Source of the DNA: a virus
Lineage: Duplodnaviria; Caudoviricetes
Reading direction: 5' to 3' (one strand)
Virus record (IMG/VR): IMGVR_UViG_3300021516_000080
Location: 1 to 26,792 of that record
Length of the DNA stretch: 26,792 nt
Shown here one piece after another: positions 7,471-16,112 of the stretch. The position numbers and the translations under genes are program-made. How positions within the stretch are numbered: position 1 is the stretch's first letter; each line of letters begins with the position of its first letter. A model generated the notes under the pieces. It was not told where the DNA came from, made no database searches, and saw only the letters and a list, made by a program, of their open reading frames with translations.

Positions 7471-8865
7471 ATGACCGCATCTAATAACCTTAGTCAGATT
7501 GGCGCGAAATACACCGGCACAATTCTGACCAACGGGGCCAGCGCTACCAACATGGCCTACATGAGCACCGTGTCGTGTTGGGGTGATTCACTGACCAATG
7601 GCACTGGCGGTACACCGTATCCAACTGCTCTGTCGGCAATCACGGGTTACATCACAATTAACAATGGCGTGGGTGGTTACACTTCTACGCAAATTTTGAA
7701 TTTGTTCATAGCAGCACCGACCCAATGGCCCAACCTAACAATTATTTGGTCTGGTCGTAACGACTACACCGACACGGCAACAATTCTTGCCAACATCGCG
7801 ACTATGGTTGCCGACCTTGGCCATGACGGTTATTTGATTCTGAGCGTTCTAAACGGCAATTACGTTCCTTACGAAGCCGTTGGAGGTGCTGGATACAACC
7901 TTATTATTTCTCTCAACAATCAATTGGCCACGATTTATGGATCCAAATATTTAAACGTTAGATCAATTTTGGTTGCAGCGTACAATCCATCAATTCCACA
8001 AGACGTAACAGATCACACAAACGACATACCACCATCTTCGTTGCGATCAGACAATATTCACCTGAATACGGCTGGATATGCGTTGGTGGCGTCATCTATT
8101 AACGCAGTAATTGCTAATTTGCGCGGCACTCGCGGGCTGCCAGTTTCAACAACTGGGGCTGTTGATTTATTGGCTTCTCCATCGCAAATTGGCGTGGTAA
8201 CACCCAACATTGGCAAATTTACAACTCTAACCGCAAACAACAATATTGTTGTTGCAGGTAAAAATATTTCTGTTTCTGGCGATGCTACGTCGTTTCAATT
8301 TAACGCTGCTCTCATTCCACAAGTTGATGCAACCTACAATTTGGGTTACGGACCTTCCACATTTAGGTGGCTAAACGGTTATTTTTCTGGGCAATTGAAT
8401 TGTGCAAATGCCGCAGTTACTGCTGCCATTACAGCGGCAACTTTAACAGCCAGTTCAACCGTCACGGCGGCAACTTTAACGGCTACCACCGGAACAACGT
8501 CACCAACCTATACGTCAAACTACAAAAATTATTCCCTCGCTATTGGCGCATCACAAGATTTGTTGAGCGTAGGTAGTTACCAAGCGGCGGCAAACGGATT
8601 TTTGGCTATTCGCTGCATTAGAAGCGGGGGTCTTACCGTTTCCGTTTTTGCTGTGAGTATGATGGGTAGCGGTACTCCATCAACCTACACCCCGTTGAGC
8701 ACTCAGGTTTATTCTGCTGGATCTGCAACATTTACGATTACCGAAACATCGGCAGGCGGCGTTAATAAACTGACGTTAAACAATACGTCGGGCGCAGCAA
8801 TCACTGTGACGGTCACGCCACATTGGATTTACGTTGATTCCAACGCAACAGTGACGTACTTCTAA
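7471..8865 (+). CDS. Receptor-binding/tail protein with an SGNH (GDSL) esterase domain
   Basis: Block I WGDSLT, block II NNGVGG, block III SGRND and block V DNIHLN, followed by fibre-type motifs (IGVVTPNIGKFTTL, LIPQVDATYNLG) and a beta-rich C-terminus. Confidence 0.8.
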   Translation: MTASNNLSQIGAKYTGTILTNGASATNMAYMSTVSCWGDSLTNGTGGTPYPTALSAITGYITINNGVGGYTSTQILNLFIAAPTQWPNLTIIWSGRNDYTDTATILANIATMVADLGHDGYLILSVLNGNYVPYEAVGGAGYNLIISLNNQLATIYGSKYLNVRSILVAAYNPSIPQDVTDHTNDIPPSSLRSDNIHLNTAGYALVASSINAVIANLRGTRGLPVSTTGAVDLLASPSQIGVVTPNIGKFTTLTANNNIVVAGKNISVSGDATSFQFNAALIPQVDATYNLGYGPSTFRWLNGYFSGQLNCANAAVTAAITAATLTASSTVTAATLTATTGTTSPTYTSNYKNYSLAIGASQDLLSVGSYQAAANGFLAIRCIRSGGLTVSVFAVSMMGSGTPSTYTPLSTQVYSAGSATFTITETSAGGVNKLTLNNTSGAAITVTVTPHWIYVDSNATVTYF

Positions 8866-8902
8866 GGACATCCCATGCCATTCACCAACCCCCTAGACCG
8901 CG
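8863..8902 (+). repeat. 40-bp direct repeat, copy 2
   Basis: taaggacatcccatgccattcaccaaccccctagaccgcg; covers a stop codon, SD and the first codons of the 8875 ORF. Confidence 0.95.
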
Positions 8903-9129
8903 TTCCCCAGATCCCCCAAGACTGGGCCAACCACATCTGCTACGGCGGCGCGCTGGGCATCTGCGTCCAACTGACGGGCCAGAAGCCGGTCATCGCGCTG
9001 GCCATCGTGTTCGCGATCAGCGCGGCGAAAAAGATTGTCGACTACTTCTACGAGCACGAAACGCTGAAGATGTGCGTCGGCAAGGCGCTGGTGTCGTGCG
9101 CGTGGCCGCTGTCGGTGTGGCTATGCTAG
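8875..9129 (+). CDS. Small putative membrane protein
   Basis: AAGGA SD; two to three hydrophobic stretches; DWANH motif. A holin role is not supported beyond size and hydrophobicity. Confidence 0.6.
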   Translation: MPFTNPLDRVPQIPQDWANHICYGGALGICVQLTGQKPVIALAIVFAISAAKKIVDYFYEHETLKMCVGKALVSCAWPLSVWLC

Positions 9130-9503
9130 GACTTGATTTCAATGCGGTCATGGAAGCGGGTGACCCCGAGGAAGCGACGCAACTGGCGCTCGCGCAGAAG
9201 GTCGGGGATTCACTCAACCAGGCATACCCCAATCACCCATGGGTCATCGGTTTCCAAGGCGGCGGCATTGTCGTGCGTCACCTCGCAATCGCAGGGTCAG
9301 TCGCCAACGTCATCGGCAAGGAAGGGTTTAGCAGCCTATTGCCCCGTGACAAGCTCGGCACACCAGACGAGATTCGCGACAGTTGCGTTAAATTCGGCGG
9401 GGCATTGCTAGAGGCGTTCGACCTGCCTCGCGGCCCTTGGGACGGACGGGAGCCAACAGTGCCTAAAGCGTGGCGCTACAGACAGACGGATAAATTCCAA
9501 TGA
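9123..9503 (+). CDS. Hypothetical protein preceding the portal
   Basis: Likely ATG at 9123 (MLGLDFNA...) overlapping the previous stop; ATGA overlap with the portal gene. Confidence 0.6.
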   Translation: MLGLDFNAVMEAGDPEEATQLALAQKVGDSLNQAYPNHPWVIGFQGGGIVVRHLAIAGSVANVIGKEGFSSLLPRDKLGTPDEIRDSCVKFGGALLEAFDLPRGPWDGREPTVPKAWRYRQTDKFQ

Positions 9504-11632
9504 GTGAATCGACCCAGTGGCGTCCGCAGCCGCCGAGTATCAAAGACCCGGCACCCGGCGATACCGACCTTTGGTACGCGGCTAACGAGACGGACGGCAT
9601 GGGCATCGAGCCTGAGCAAAACGGGCCAGAGGAAGAACACGACGACTTCGACCCCGAGCAACCTAACTGGCGGCGGCGGGCACAGGATGCCTACCGGTTC
9701 TCCACCTCATTCGTGGATACGAACTACCGCTCGAAGTGGGACGACAGCATCAAGGCGTTCAACAACCAGCACCCTAGCGACAGCAAGTACAACTCCGAGA
9801 TCTTCCGCAAGCGGTCAAGCATCTTCGTCCCCAAGACCCGCGCCATCATTCGCAAGAACGAGGCGGCAGCGGCAGCGGCGTTCTTCAGCAACCTAGACCG
9901 TATCTCGGTCACCCCGGTCAACGGCAACGATGAAGTCGAGCGAGTCTCCGCCGATGTCATGCAGCAGCTGCTCCAGTACCGGCTCACGAAGTCGATCCCC
10001 TGGTTCCAGATCTGCATGGGTGGCCTACAGGACGCGCAGGTGCAGGGCGCCTGTGTGGCCCATGTGTCATGGCGCTATGCGATGCGCAAGGACGCTAAGG
10101 GCAAGCTGATCCGGTCAGACGATAAGCCGATGGTGGACCTGATCCCCATTGAGAACTTCCGCTTCGACCCGTCATCGAACTGGACCGATCCGGTCAACAG
10201 CTCACCGTACCTGATCCACCTGATCCCGATGTTTGTCGTTGACGTCAAACAGCGCATGGAACGGCCAGACCCCAAGGGGCGGCAGTGGAACAAGTACCCC
10301 GACAGCGCGTTAGTCGCTCGGGATGCCGACGACAGCACCCGGCGTGCCCGTGGTGGCAACTCGCAAGACGCCCATCTGGAGCGTCGCACAATATCGGACT
10401 ACGACATCGTGTGGGTGCACCGCCACATTCACCGTTGGAACGGCACCGACTACCAGTTCTGGACGTTGAACAGCGACAAGATGCTGACGGATCCCGAACC
10501 CCTAGACGCCACAGTGTTCCACGGGAAACGTCCGTATGTCATGGGCGTGGCTACCGTCGAGACACACCGCCCGATTCCCTCGTCCATCCCCCAACTGGTC
10601 AAGGGGCTGCAAGATGAAATCAACGAGATCAAGAACAGCCGACTGGATAACGTCAAGTTCGTGCTTAACAAGGGCTACTTTGCCAAACGCGGCAAAAACG
10701 TGGACCTCCCGGCGTTGGTGCGCAACGTACCCGGTCGCGTTGTCCTCATGGACGACCCTGCAACCGACGTTGTGGAGAACACTTGGCCGGATGTGACCGC
10801 CTCGGCCTACGCTGAGGAAGATCGAAACAACCAGAACTTCGACGAGCTGGTCGGCAACTTTAGCGCAGCCTCGGTCCAGACCAGCCGCTCACCACGGGAA
10901 CCGGCCCGGGCAATGACCCTTTTGCAGGCGCCTGCCAACCTGCTAACCGACTATATGCTGATGACCTACTGCGAGACCTTCATTGCGCCCGTCCTGCGCC
11001 AGCTGGTGCTGCTTGAACAGCACTACGAGACCGATCAGACCGTGCTGGAGATCGCTGGCAAGAAGTCCAAGCAGTTCCAGAAGTTCGGCATGGATAAGGT
11101 CACCGACGATATGCTCGAGCGCGAGATGACGGTCAACGTCAACGTGGGCATGGGTAACACCGACCCCGTGACCAAGATGCAGAAGTTTCTGGTTGGCGTC
11201 ACCTCGTTTGCCAAGGTCGCGCAAAAGCCGCCGCCGGGCGTCAATTTGGAAGAAGTATTCAAGGAAATCATGGCCTTGTCAGGCTACGCAGACGGCGAGC
11301 GGTTCTCACTGGGCAACGATCCAGAGAAAGCGGCACAGCAACAGCAGATCAAGCAGTTGCAGATGAAGCTACAGCAGCTGTTGATGGAGCGCCGGGACAA
11401 GTCCGAGGCCAATGCGGTCAAGCGAGACACCGCGACGCAGGGCAACATCGTCAAAATGCTGCTGGCCGACAAAGAGGACTTGCACGAGAACGTCAAAATC
11501 TACGCCGGTCACCTCGCGGCCAAGGATCAGGCATTGCACCAGGCTAACGTCGGTCAAATGTCGGCCGCAGCGGCCCCACAACAGCCGGGACAGGCTCCGC
11601 AGGGCCAGCCCGCACCAGCGCAGGGGATGTAA
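9500..11632 (+). CDS. Portal protein (P22-like)
   Basis: 710 aa between terminase and scaffold; motifs IPIENFRFDP and LQDEINEIKNSRLDNV; Gln-rich coiled-coil C-terminal tail. Confidence 0.85.
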   Translation: MSESTQWRPQPPSIKDPAPGDTDLWYAANETDGMGIEPEQNGPEEEHDDFDPEQPNWRRRAQDAYRFSTSFVDTNYRSKWDDSIKAFNNQHPSDSKYNSEIFRKRSSIFVPKTRAIIRKNEAAAAAAFFSNLDRISVTPVNGNDEVERVSADVMQQLLQYRLTKSIPWFQICMGGLQDAQVQGACVAHVSWRYAMRKDAKGKLIRSDDKPMVDLIPIENFRFDPSSNWTDPVNSSPYLIHLIPMFVVDVKQRMERPDPKGRQWNKYPDSALVARDADDSTRRARGGNSQDAHLERRTISDYDIVWVHRHIHRWNGTDYQFWTLNSDKMLTDPEPLDATVFHGKRPYVMGVATVETHRPIPSSIPQLVKGLQDEINEIKNSRLDNVKFVLNKGYFAKRGKNVDLPALVRNVPGRVVLMDDPATDVVENTWPDVTASAYAEEDRNNQNFDELVGNFSAASVQTSRSPREPARAMTLLQAPANLLTDYMLMTYCETFIAPVLRQLVLLEQHYETDQTVLEIAGKKSKQFQKFGMDKVTDDMLEREMTVNVNVGMGNTDPVTKMQKFLVGVTSFAKVAQKPPPGVNLEEVFKEIMALSGYADGERFSLGNDPEKAAQQQQIKQLQMKLQQLLMERRDKSEANAVKRDTATQGNIVKMLLADKEDLHENVKIYAGHLAAKDQALHQANVGQMSAAAAPQQPGQAPQGQPAPAQGM

Positions 11633-11920
11633 TTGGCACGCCACATAGACCCCGACGAGCCGCTGGTACGCACTGCCGTGTTTGGCAAGCAGGTTGAGGA
11701 CTTTTTGACCTCAGATATTGGCGATTACTTGCTGCAAAAGGCCAAACACGAGGAAGCGGACGCCATCGAGGCGCTGGTACAGGGTGTGGGCACCCTACCG
11801 GAGCGCGAAATACTCGAATTGCGAAACAGAATTTGGACGGCGCGCAAGTTTCAAAGCTGGCTCGGTCGAGCGGTGGAGATGGGTTTGCAGTCGATGGAGT
11901 TGTTGAAGGAGGAGGACTGA
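11633..11920 (+). CDS. Hypothetical helical protein between portal and scaffold
   Basis: TTG start directly after the portal stop, with GGGG SD; typical position in podophage head modules. Confidence 0.6.
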   Translation: MARHIDPDEPLVRTAVFGKQVEDFLTSDIGDYLLQKAKHEEADAIEALVQGVGTLPEREILELRNRIWTARKFQSWLGRAVEMGLQSMELLKEED

Positions 11921-11922
11921 TC

Positions 11923-12912
11923 ATGGCTGATGACAACCAAGAAGAAGCACGCCGCCAGCGCGAAATTGAAGCGCGAGCGGCCAACAAGGCGCGAAATGAC
12001 GAGCGTCTGGAGCGGCTGAACAACATTGCCAACCAAGCCGACGAGCGCAAGTCGCAGGACGGCATGGAGGATCTGGAGGACGAGGCGTGGACAGAACAGG
12101 GCGTCCGTGCTGCTGAACACGAGCAGGATGAGGGCGAAATTGTCGCCGAGGCTGAGGAAACCGACCGGGCGCTAGACGAGGCCCGAGCTGCCGGGGCCGA
12201 TGACGTCAAGGTCACCAACGGCGAGACCTACTACCGCCTGATTGTTAACGGAACTGAGAAGTGGCTCACGCTCCAGCAGCTCCGGGAGAGCGCTGGCAAG
12301 GTGTCAGCAGCCGACGAGTACTTGCGCAATGCCAAGGAACTTGTTAGAAATGGTCTTAGCGCCCCTCCATCCCACCGGGACGAGGCGGCGAACCCGGTTA
12401 GTGGCCGGGTGCGAGAACTGCTCAACCGCGCAATTATGGGTGAGCAAGAGGCGATTGACGAACTGGCACAAGCCATTGAGCGACCATCCGCTAATGCGGA
12501 CGTTGCCCGACTTGTGGACGAGCGCGTTGATGGTCGGTTGACGTTTCGCGAAGCTGTAAATTGGTTCGATAAGGAATACCAGGCCGAACTCAAAGATCCC
12601 CGCCTTAAGGAATACATCGTCTGGAAGGACAGCCAACTGGCGCAATCCAATCCCGACATGGACTTTAAGGACCGCCTCCGCACCGTAGGTGAGGAAGCAA
12701 GGGCACTGCGAGGCAAACCTGCTGCACCTGCCGCTGATCCCCAGCGACGAGCCGATAAAGAGCAACGCAAGGCGTCCGTCAGGTCGATTCCGGTAGCCGG
12801 TGGACGGCAAGCGGAAGAAGCTGACGAGGATGACGACGAAACCTACGAATCGTCCATCGTTAGGATGGCGAAAGCGCGGGGACAGTCGAGACCGATTATT
12901 CATAGACGCTGA
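11923..12912 (+). CDS. Capsid scaffolding protein
   Basis: ATG at 11923 after a strong GGAGG; acidic and helical; LIVNGTEKWLTLQQLR motif typical of scaffolds; directly upstream of the capsid gene. Confidence 0.75.
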   Translation: MADDNQEEARRQREIEARAANKARNDERLERLNNIANQADERKSQDGMEDLEDEAWTEQGVRAAEHEQDEGEIVAEAEETDRALDEARAAGADDVKVTNGETYYRLIVNGTEKWLTLQQLRESAGKVSAADEYLRNAKELVRNGLSAPPSHRDEAANPVSGRVRELLNRAIMGEQEAIDELAQAIERPSANADVARLVDERVDGRLTFREAVNWFDKEYQAELKDPRLKEYIVWKDSQLAQSNPDMDFKDRLRTVGEEARALRGKPAAPAADPQRRADKEQRKASVRSIPVAGGRQAEEADEDDDETYESSIVRMAKARGQSRPIIHRR

Positions 12913-12954
12913 ACCCGCCATAGTGGCGTGGTTCTACAACAGGAGTCACGCCAC
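12911..12954 (+). promoter_or_regulatory. Alternative hairpins over the capsid ribosome-binding site
   Basis: GTGGCGTG (12923-12930) is the exact reverse complement of CACGCCAC (12947-12954) and the pair encloses SD AGGAG (12941-12945). A competing stem is GAACC-CGCCA/TGGCG-t-GGTTC (12911-12934). Confidence 0.5.
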
Positions 12955-13926
12955 ATGGCAGGTCAAGTTTGGGCTGTTAACAGCCTCGGGGGCTATCTCT
13001 ACAGCCGCCAATTATCCAACGTACTGCGCGCTAACGTGCAGCCTCTGGTCAAGTTCCGCCAGTTTGCCGATGTCCACGACATCAGCCAGCAGGGCAAGAA
13101 AAAAGGCGACGTGTTTACGTGGGACGTTTTCTCTGACGTTTCAGCCGCTGGCGCGGTCCTTGTCGAAACAAACACGATGCCGGAAACCAACTTCACGATC
13201 ATTCAGGGCACCCTGACGGTCACTGAAGCCGGTAACAGCGTTCCCTACAGCGGCAAGCTCGACAACCTGTCGAAATTTCCGGTTGAGGACGTCATCAAGA
13301 AGGTACTCAAGAACGATTGCGTCAAGTACCTCGACCGCGCTGCTTGGACCCAGTTCAACCAGACGTTGTTGCGAGCGATCCCAGTCGGCGGCACCAGTTC
13401 CACGGCCATCACGCTCTACACCAACGGCACCGTCACCGGCACCAACAGCATCGCGTTCTCAAACGCGCACGCTAAGGCGATCGTGGACGCAATGAAGGAA
13501 CGCAACATCCCGGCTTATATCGCGGACGACTATTACGCGATTGCATGGCCGACGACCTTGCGTACCCTCAAGAACAACCTTGAGACGATTCACCAGTACT
13601 CGGACACGGGTTTCAACCTCATCATGAATGGTGAGATTGGCCGCTACGAGAACACCCGGTACATTGAGCAGACCAATATCGCCAAGGGCACCGGCACGGA
13701 CGGCACGACCACCACTGCGTGGACGAACGGCGTCAGCGACTGGATGTTCTTCTTCGGCAACGACACGGTGGCAGAAGCCATCGCGGTCCCTGAGGAAATG
13801 CGCGGCAAGATCCCAACCGACTACGGTCGTTCAAAGGGCATCGCCTGGTATTACTTGGGTGGTTTCGGCATTGTCCACACCGCTGCGATTAACACCCGCA
13901 TCGTGAAGTGGGACTCGTTGGCTTAA
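12955..13926 (+). CDS. Major capsid protein (N4-gp56/P22-coat-like HK97 fold)
   Basis: ATG at 12955 after AGGAG; motifs QPLVKFRQFA, GKKKGDVFTW, NGEIGRYENTRYIE and DYGRSKGIAWY; size, position and strong codon bias fit a capsid gene. Confidence 0.85.
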   Translation: MAGQVWAVNSLGGYLYSRQLSNVLRANVQPLVKFRQFADVHDISQQGKKKGDVFTWDVFSDVSAAGAVLVETNTMPETNFTIIQGTLTVTEAGNSVPYSGKLDNLSKFPVEDVIKKVLKNDCVKYLDRAAWTQFNQTLLRAIPVGGTSSTAITLYTNGTVTGTNSIAFSNAHAKAIVDAMKERNIPAYIADDYYAIAWPTTLRTLKNNLETIHQYSDTGFNLIMNGEIGRYENTRYIEQTNIAKGTGTDGTTTTAWTNGVSDWMFFFGNDTVAEAIAVPEEMRGKIPTDYGRSKGIAWYYLGGFGIVHTAAINTRIVKWDSLA

Positions 13927-13939
13927 GGAGCACTAAACT

Positions 13940-14488
13940 ATGTCTAACCTCAATACTTTGAAGAGTGCGGCCTACGACAACCCGGCCTATCTCGCTCGCG
14001 GCACGTTCGCGACGATCACGGCGGCTGGCGCGTCTGGCGTTTCGGCGAAATTCGTGGCACACGCCAACCTGTTGCTGTTCGGCCTCACGGCCTTCACCAC
14101 GGTTGCGTCCACCTCGACCTACACCGCCACCCAGTACTACAACTACGGTGGAACGACCAACACCTCGGCTACGATTCACGTTGCAGCCTCGCAGCTCAAC
14201 TTGATTCGTATCACCAACACCGCAGCGGTGGGTGTAGCGCCTTCGCTGTCCACCTCGACCATCGGGCCGTTCTACATTGACACGCTGTACGCAAACGGGA
14301 CGGCCACCGGCCAGATCGGCGCGACACAGACGGTCTCGTTGAACACCTCGACGGGTACTGCCGGTTTGGGCGGTCTTTCCATCAATCAGGGCGATCAGAT
14401 CTACGTCGTGAACGGTACGGACACCTCGGGTGTCAACCTTGTCACACTGGATTACCAGATCCTCCCCGGCGCCAACGTACAGGCTTAA
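13940..14488 (+). CDS. Thr/Ala/Gly-rich virion protein, possibly capsid decoration
   Basis: Strong TAAGGAG SD right after the capsid gene; beta-strand-like, Thr/Ser-rich composition. Confidence 0.65.
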   Translation: MSNLNTLKSAAYDNPAYLARGTFATITAAGASGVSAKFVAHANLLLFGLTAFTTVASTSTYTATQYYNYGGTTNTSATIHVAASQLNLIRITNTAAVGVAPSLSTSTIGPFYIDTLYANGTATGQIGATQTVSLNTSTGTAGLGGLSINQGDQIYVVNGTDTSGVNLVTLDYQILPGANVQA

Positions 14489-14498
14489 GGAGTAATTC

Positions 14499-14981
14499 AT
14501 GCCTAAGATCACGCAACCCGGTCGGAAAATGTACGAGACCCCGCAGATCACTGCGGACCAGCTCGCGACCGAAATGTACGGCGGCGATGCTCCGACGCAC
14601 ACTGACATCATCAAGTCTGCCAATGCTCGGGCGCAGAAGCGCCACGAGATGAAGGGCCAGCACGTTGCTGATGTCGGCGTGCTGCCTGACAGTGCGGAGA
14701 TGGCGCACAACGAGCTGGTCGGTGTCCGCAACAGCGGATACCTTGCCAAAAAGGGGCTGGAGTTTGGCGTCAATGCCTTCTACAACAGCCTGCCACCCGG
14801 CATGGACATCGAAGATCAGGAGAATTCCGACATCCGCAAGATGGAGATGCTGGCCTACGAAGGCGGCATCGGCTATCCCGGTGACGGCTGGGTCCATCGT
14901 GCTGCGGGGGCAATGATGCCTAAGACGAAGGACATGGGTCGTCCCGGCATGACCAACGACGTTCCTAGCAAGAAGATCTAG
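14499..14981 (+). CDS. Hypothetical protein, paralog A (LPPGMDIEDQE motif)
   Basis: TAAGGAG SD; motif shared with the next gene. Confidence 0.7.
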   Translation: MPKITQPGRKMYETPQITADQLATEMYGGDAPTHTDIIKSANARAQKRHEMKGQHVADVGVLPDSAEMAHNELVGVRNSGYLAKKGLEFGVNAFYNSLPPGMDIEDQENSDIRKMEMLAYEGGIGYPGDGWVHRAAGAMMPKTKDMGRPGMTNDVPSKKI

Positions 14982-14995
14982 GCGAGGAGCCAGTC

Positions 14996-15442
14996 ATGCC
15001 GAAGGTTGTGCAGGAAAAGTTCCAGATCAACTACCCCGACAAGGGATCGAGTGCTGAAAATCAGCATGGCTGGCTCACTGACATGGAGGCCCGAGCGAAA
15101 AAGGGAATGCCCGGCCGCGAAGGCTTGCCGGGTGGAGATGGTTCCACCCGGATGATGAATAACGCGGCGTTCTTCAATGGCTTGCCACCGGGCATGGACA
15201 TTGAGGATCAGGAAGTCACCGACCAGCGCAAGATGGGCATCAACATTGCGGGCAATATGCCGGGCCAGTTTGCCGATGGCGACCTGACCAATGGCGAGTT
15301 AAGCGCCCATTCGCTGCGGGTTGGCTTTGATAAGAAGGCGCTGCTGCAAACGGATGACGAATACACTCGCGAACACAACGACGCTTTCTACGACGATGTG
15401 GGTGGGTTTATAGAGCGTAATAACTATTTGGATCGGTCATAG
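14996..15442 (+). CDS. Hypothetical protein, paralog B (LPPGMDIEDQE motif)
   Basis: GAGGAG SD; motif shared with the previous gene. Confidence 0.7.
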   Translation: MPKVVQEKFQINYPDKGSSAENQHGWLTDMEARAKKGMPGREGLPGGDGSTRMMNNAAFFNGLPPGMDIEDQEVTDQRKMGINIAGNMPGQFADGDLTNGELSAHSLRVGFDKKALLQTDDEYTREHNDAFYDDVGGFIERNNYLDRS

Positions 15443-15445
15443 ATC

Positions 15446-15844
15446 ATGGCACTTTCAACCCTAAACCCAACTTACCCGGCGAACTCGCTTTCCCCGCTGG
15501 GCGTCTGCAACATTGACGCCACTTCGGGGTTGGTTTACAGCCCCGGCTGCGCCAATTACACCCCGTTAAGCACGACCGGCACGGCTACCATCGACAGCTC
15601 GGGCGGCGGCATCCTGTACGGCGTCAACGCGATCAGTACCGGTACATCGTGGACGATCACGCCTTACGACATCTATGTGCTTGGCACGACCACCACGACC
15701 AACCAGTTGACAGCCACCCAGACGGCTACGGCTGTCGGCTTTCAGGGCAATCCGGGGTCAGGTGGCACGGGCGTCCGCTACAATGGTAATCTGGTGGTGG
15801 TCACAACCGGCACTGGCGGTTTGTGGAACATCCTTTGGGACTAG
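15446..15844 (+). CDS. Thr/Gly-rich putative virion protein
   Basis: Beta-rich, very Thr-rich composition within the structural operon. Confidence 0.6.
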   Translation: MALSTLNPTYPANSLSPLGVCNIDATSGLVYSPGCANYTPLSTTGTATIDSSGGGILYGVNAISTGTSWTITPYDIYVLGTTTTTNQLTATQTATAVGFQGNPGSGGTGVRYNGNLVVVTTGTGGLWNILWD

Positions 15845-15855
15845 TGGGAGCGGAA

Positions 15856-16047
15856 ATGCAAAACGACGAATTCCTGGCTGATGGCACGAAACTGTTTAAC
15901 CCGACTAAACCGCACGGCACCATCTACGGTGAGGGCGGGATCGAGGGTCGATTTGTTCAGGATGGCCTTGTCTACCGTGGCGACCGTCGACCGGTAGGCT
16001 ACGTCGAAACACCGGCAGATCAAAAGACGTTGAAGCTGAAAGTTTGA
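15856..16047 (+). CDS. Hypothetical protein (63 aa)
   Basis: ATG at 15856 after GGGAG; ends just before the terminator. Confidence 0.55.
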   Translation: MQNDEFLADGTKLFNPTKPHGTIYGEGGIEGRFVQDGLVYRGDRRPVGYVETPADQKTLKLKV

Positions 16048-16072
16048 TTCATCCGGTTCATGCCGGGACATG

Positions 16073-16102
16073 AAGACCGGCCCCGCGCCGGTCTTTTATT
16101 TT
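16073..16102 (+). terminator. Rho-independent terminator after the head module
   Basis: Stem AAGACCGGC (16073-16081) / GCCGGTCTT (16087-16095), 5-nt loop, followed by TTATTTT. Confidence 0.75.
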
Positions 16103-16112
16103 AGGAGTTACG

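Noticed and set aside
8431-8484. Short repeat encoding TAATLTA twice
   Set aside because: Ordinary fibre shaft repeat within the coding sequence.
7319-8902. The 40-bp repeats as a CRISPR array, att sites or a DGR template/variable pair
   Set aside because: Only two copies 1.5 kb apart, made of an SD and gene start; no cas, integrase or reverse transcriptase gene, and no adenine-specific mismatch pattern.
8875-9129. Possible holin
   Set aside because: No adjacent endolysin or spanin in the window; hydrophobicity alone is insufficient.
11544-14897. Long minus-strand ORFs (e.g. 11544-12218, 12304-12921, 13889-14773)
   Set aside because: Shadow frames of GC-rich, codon-biased + strand genes, with no recognisable motifs.
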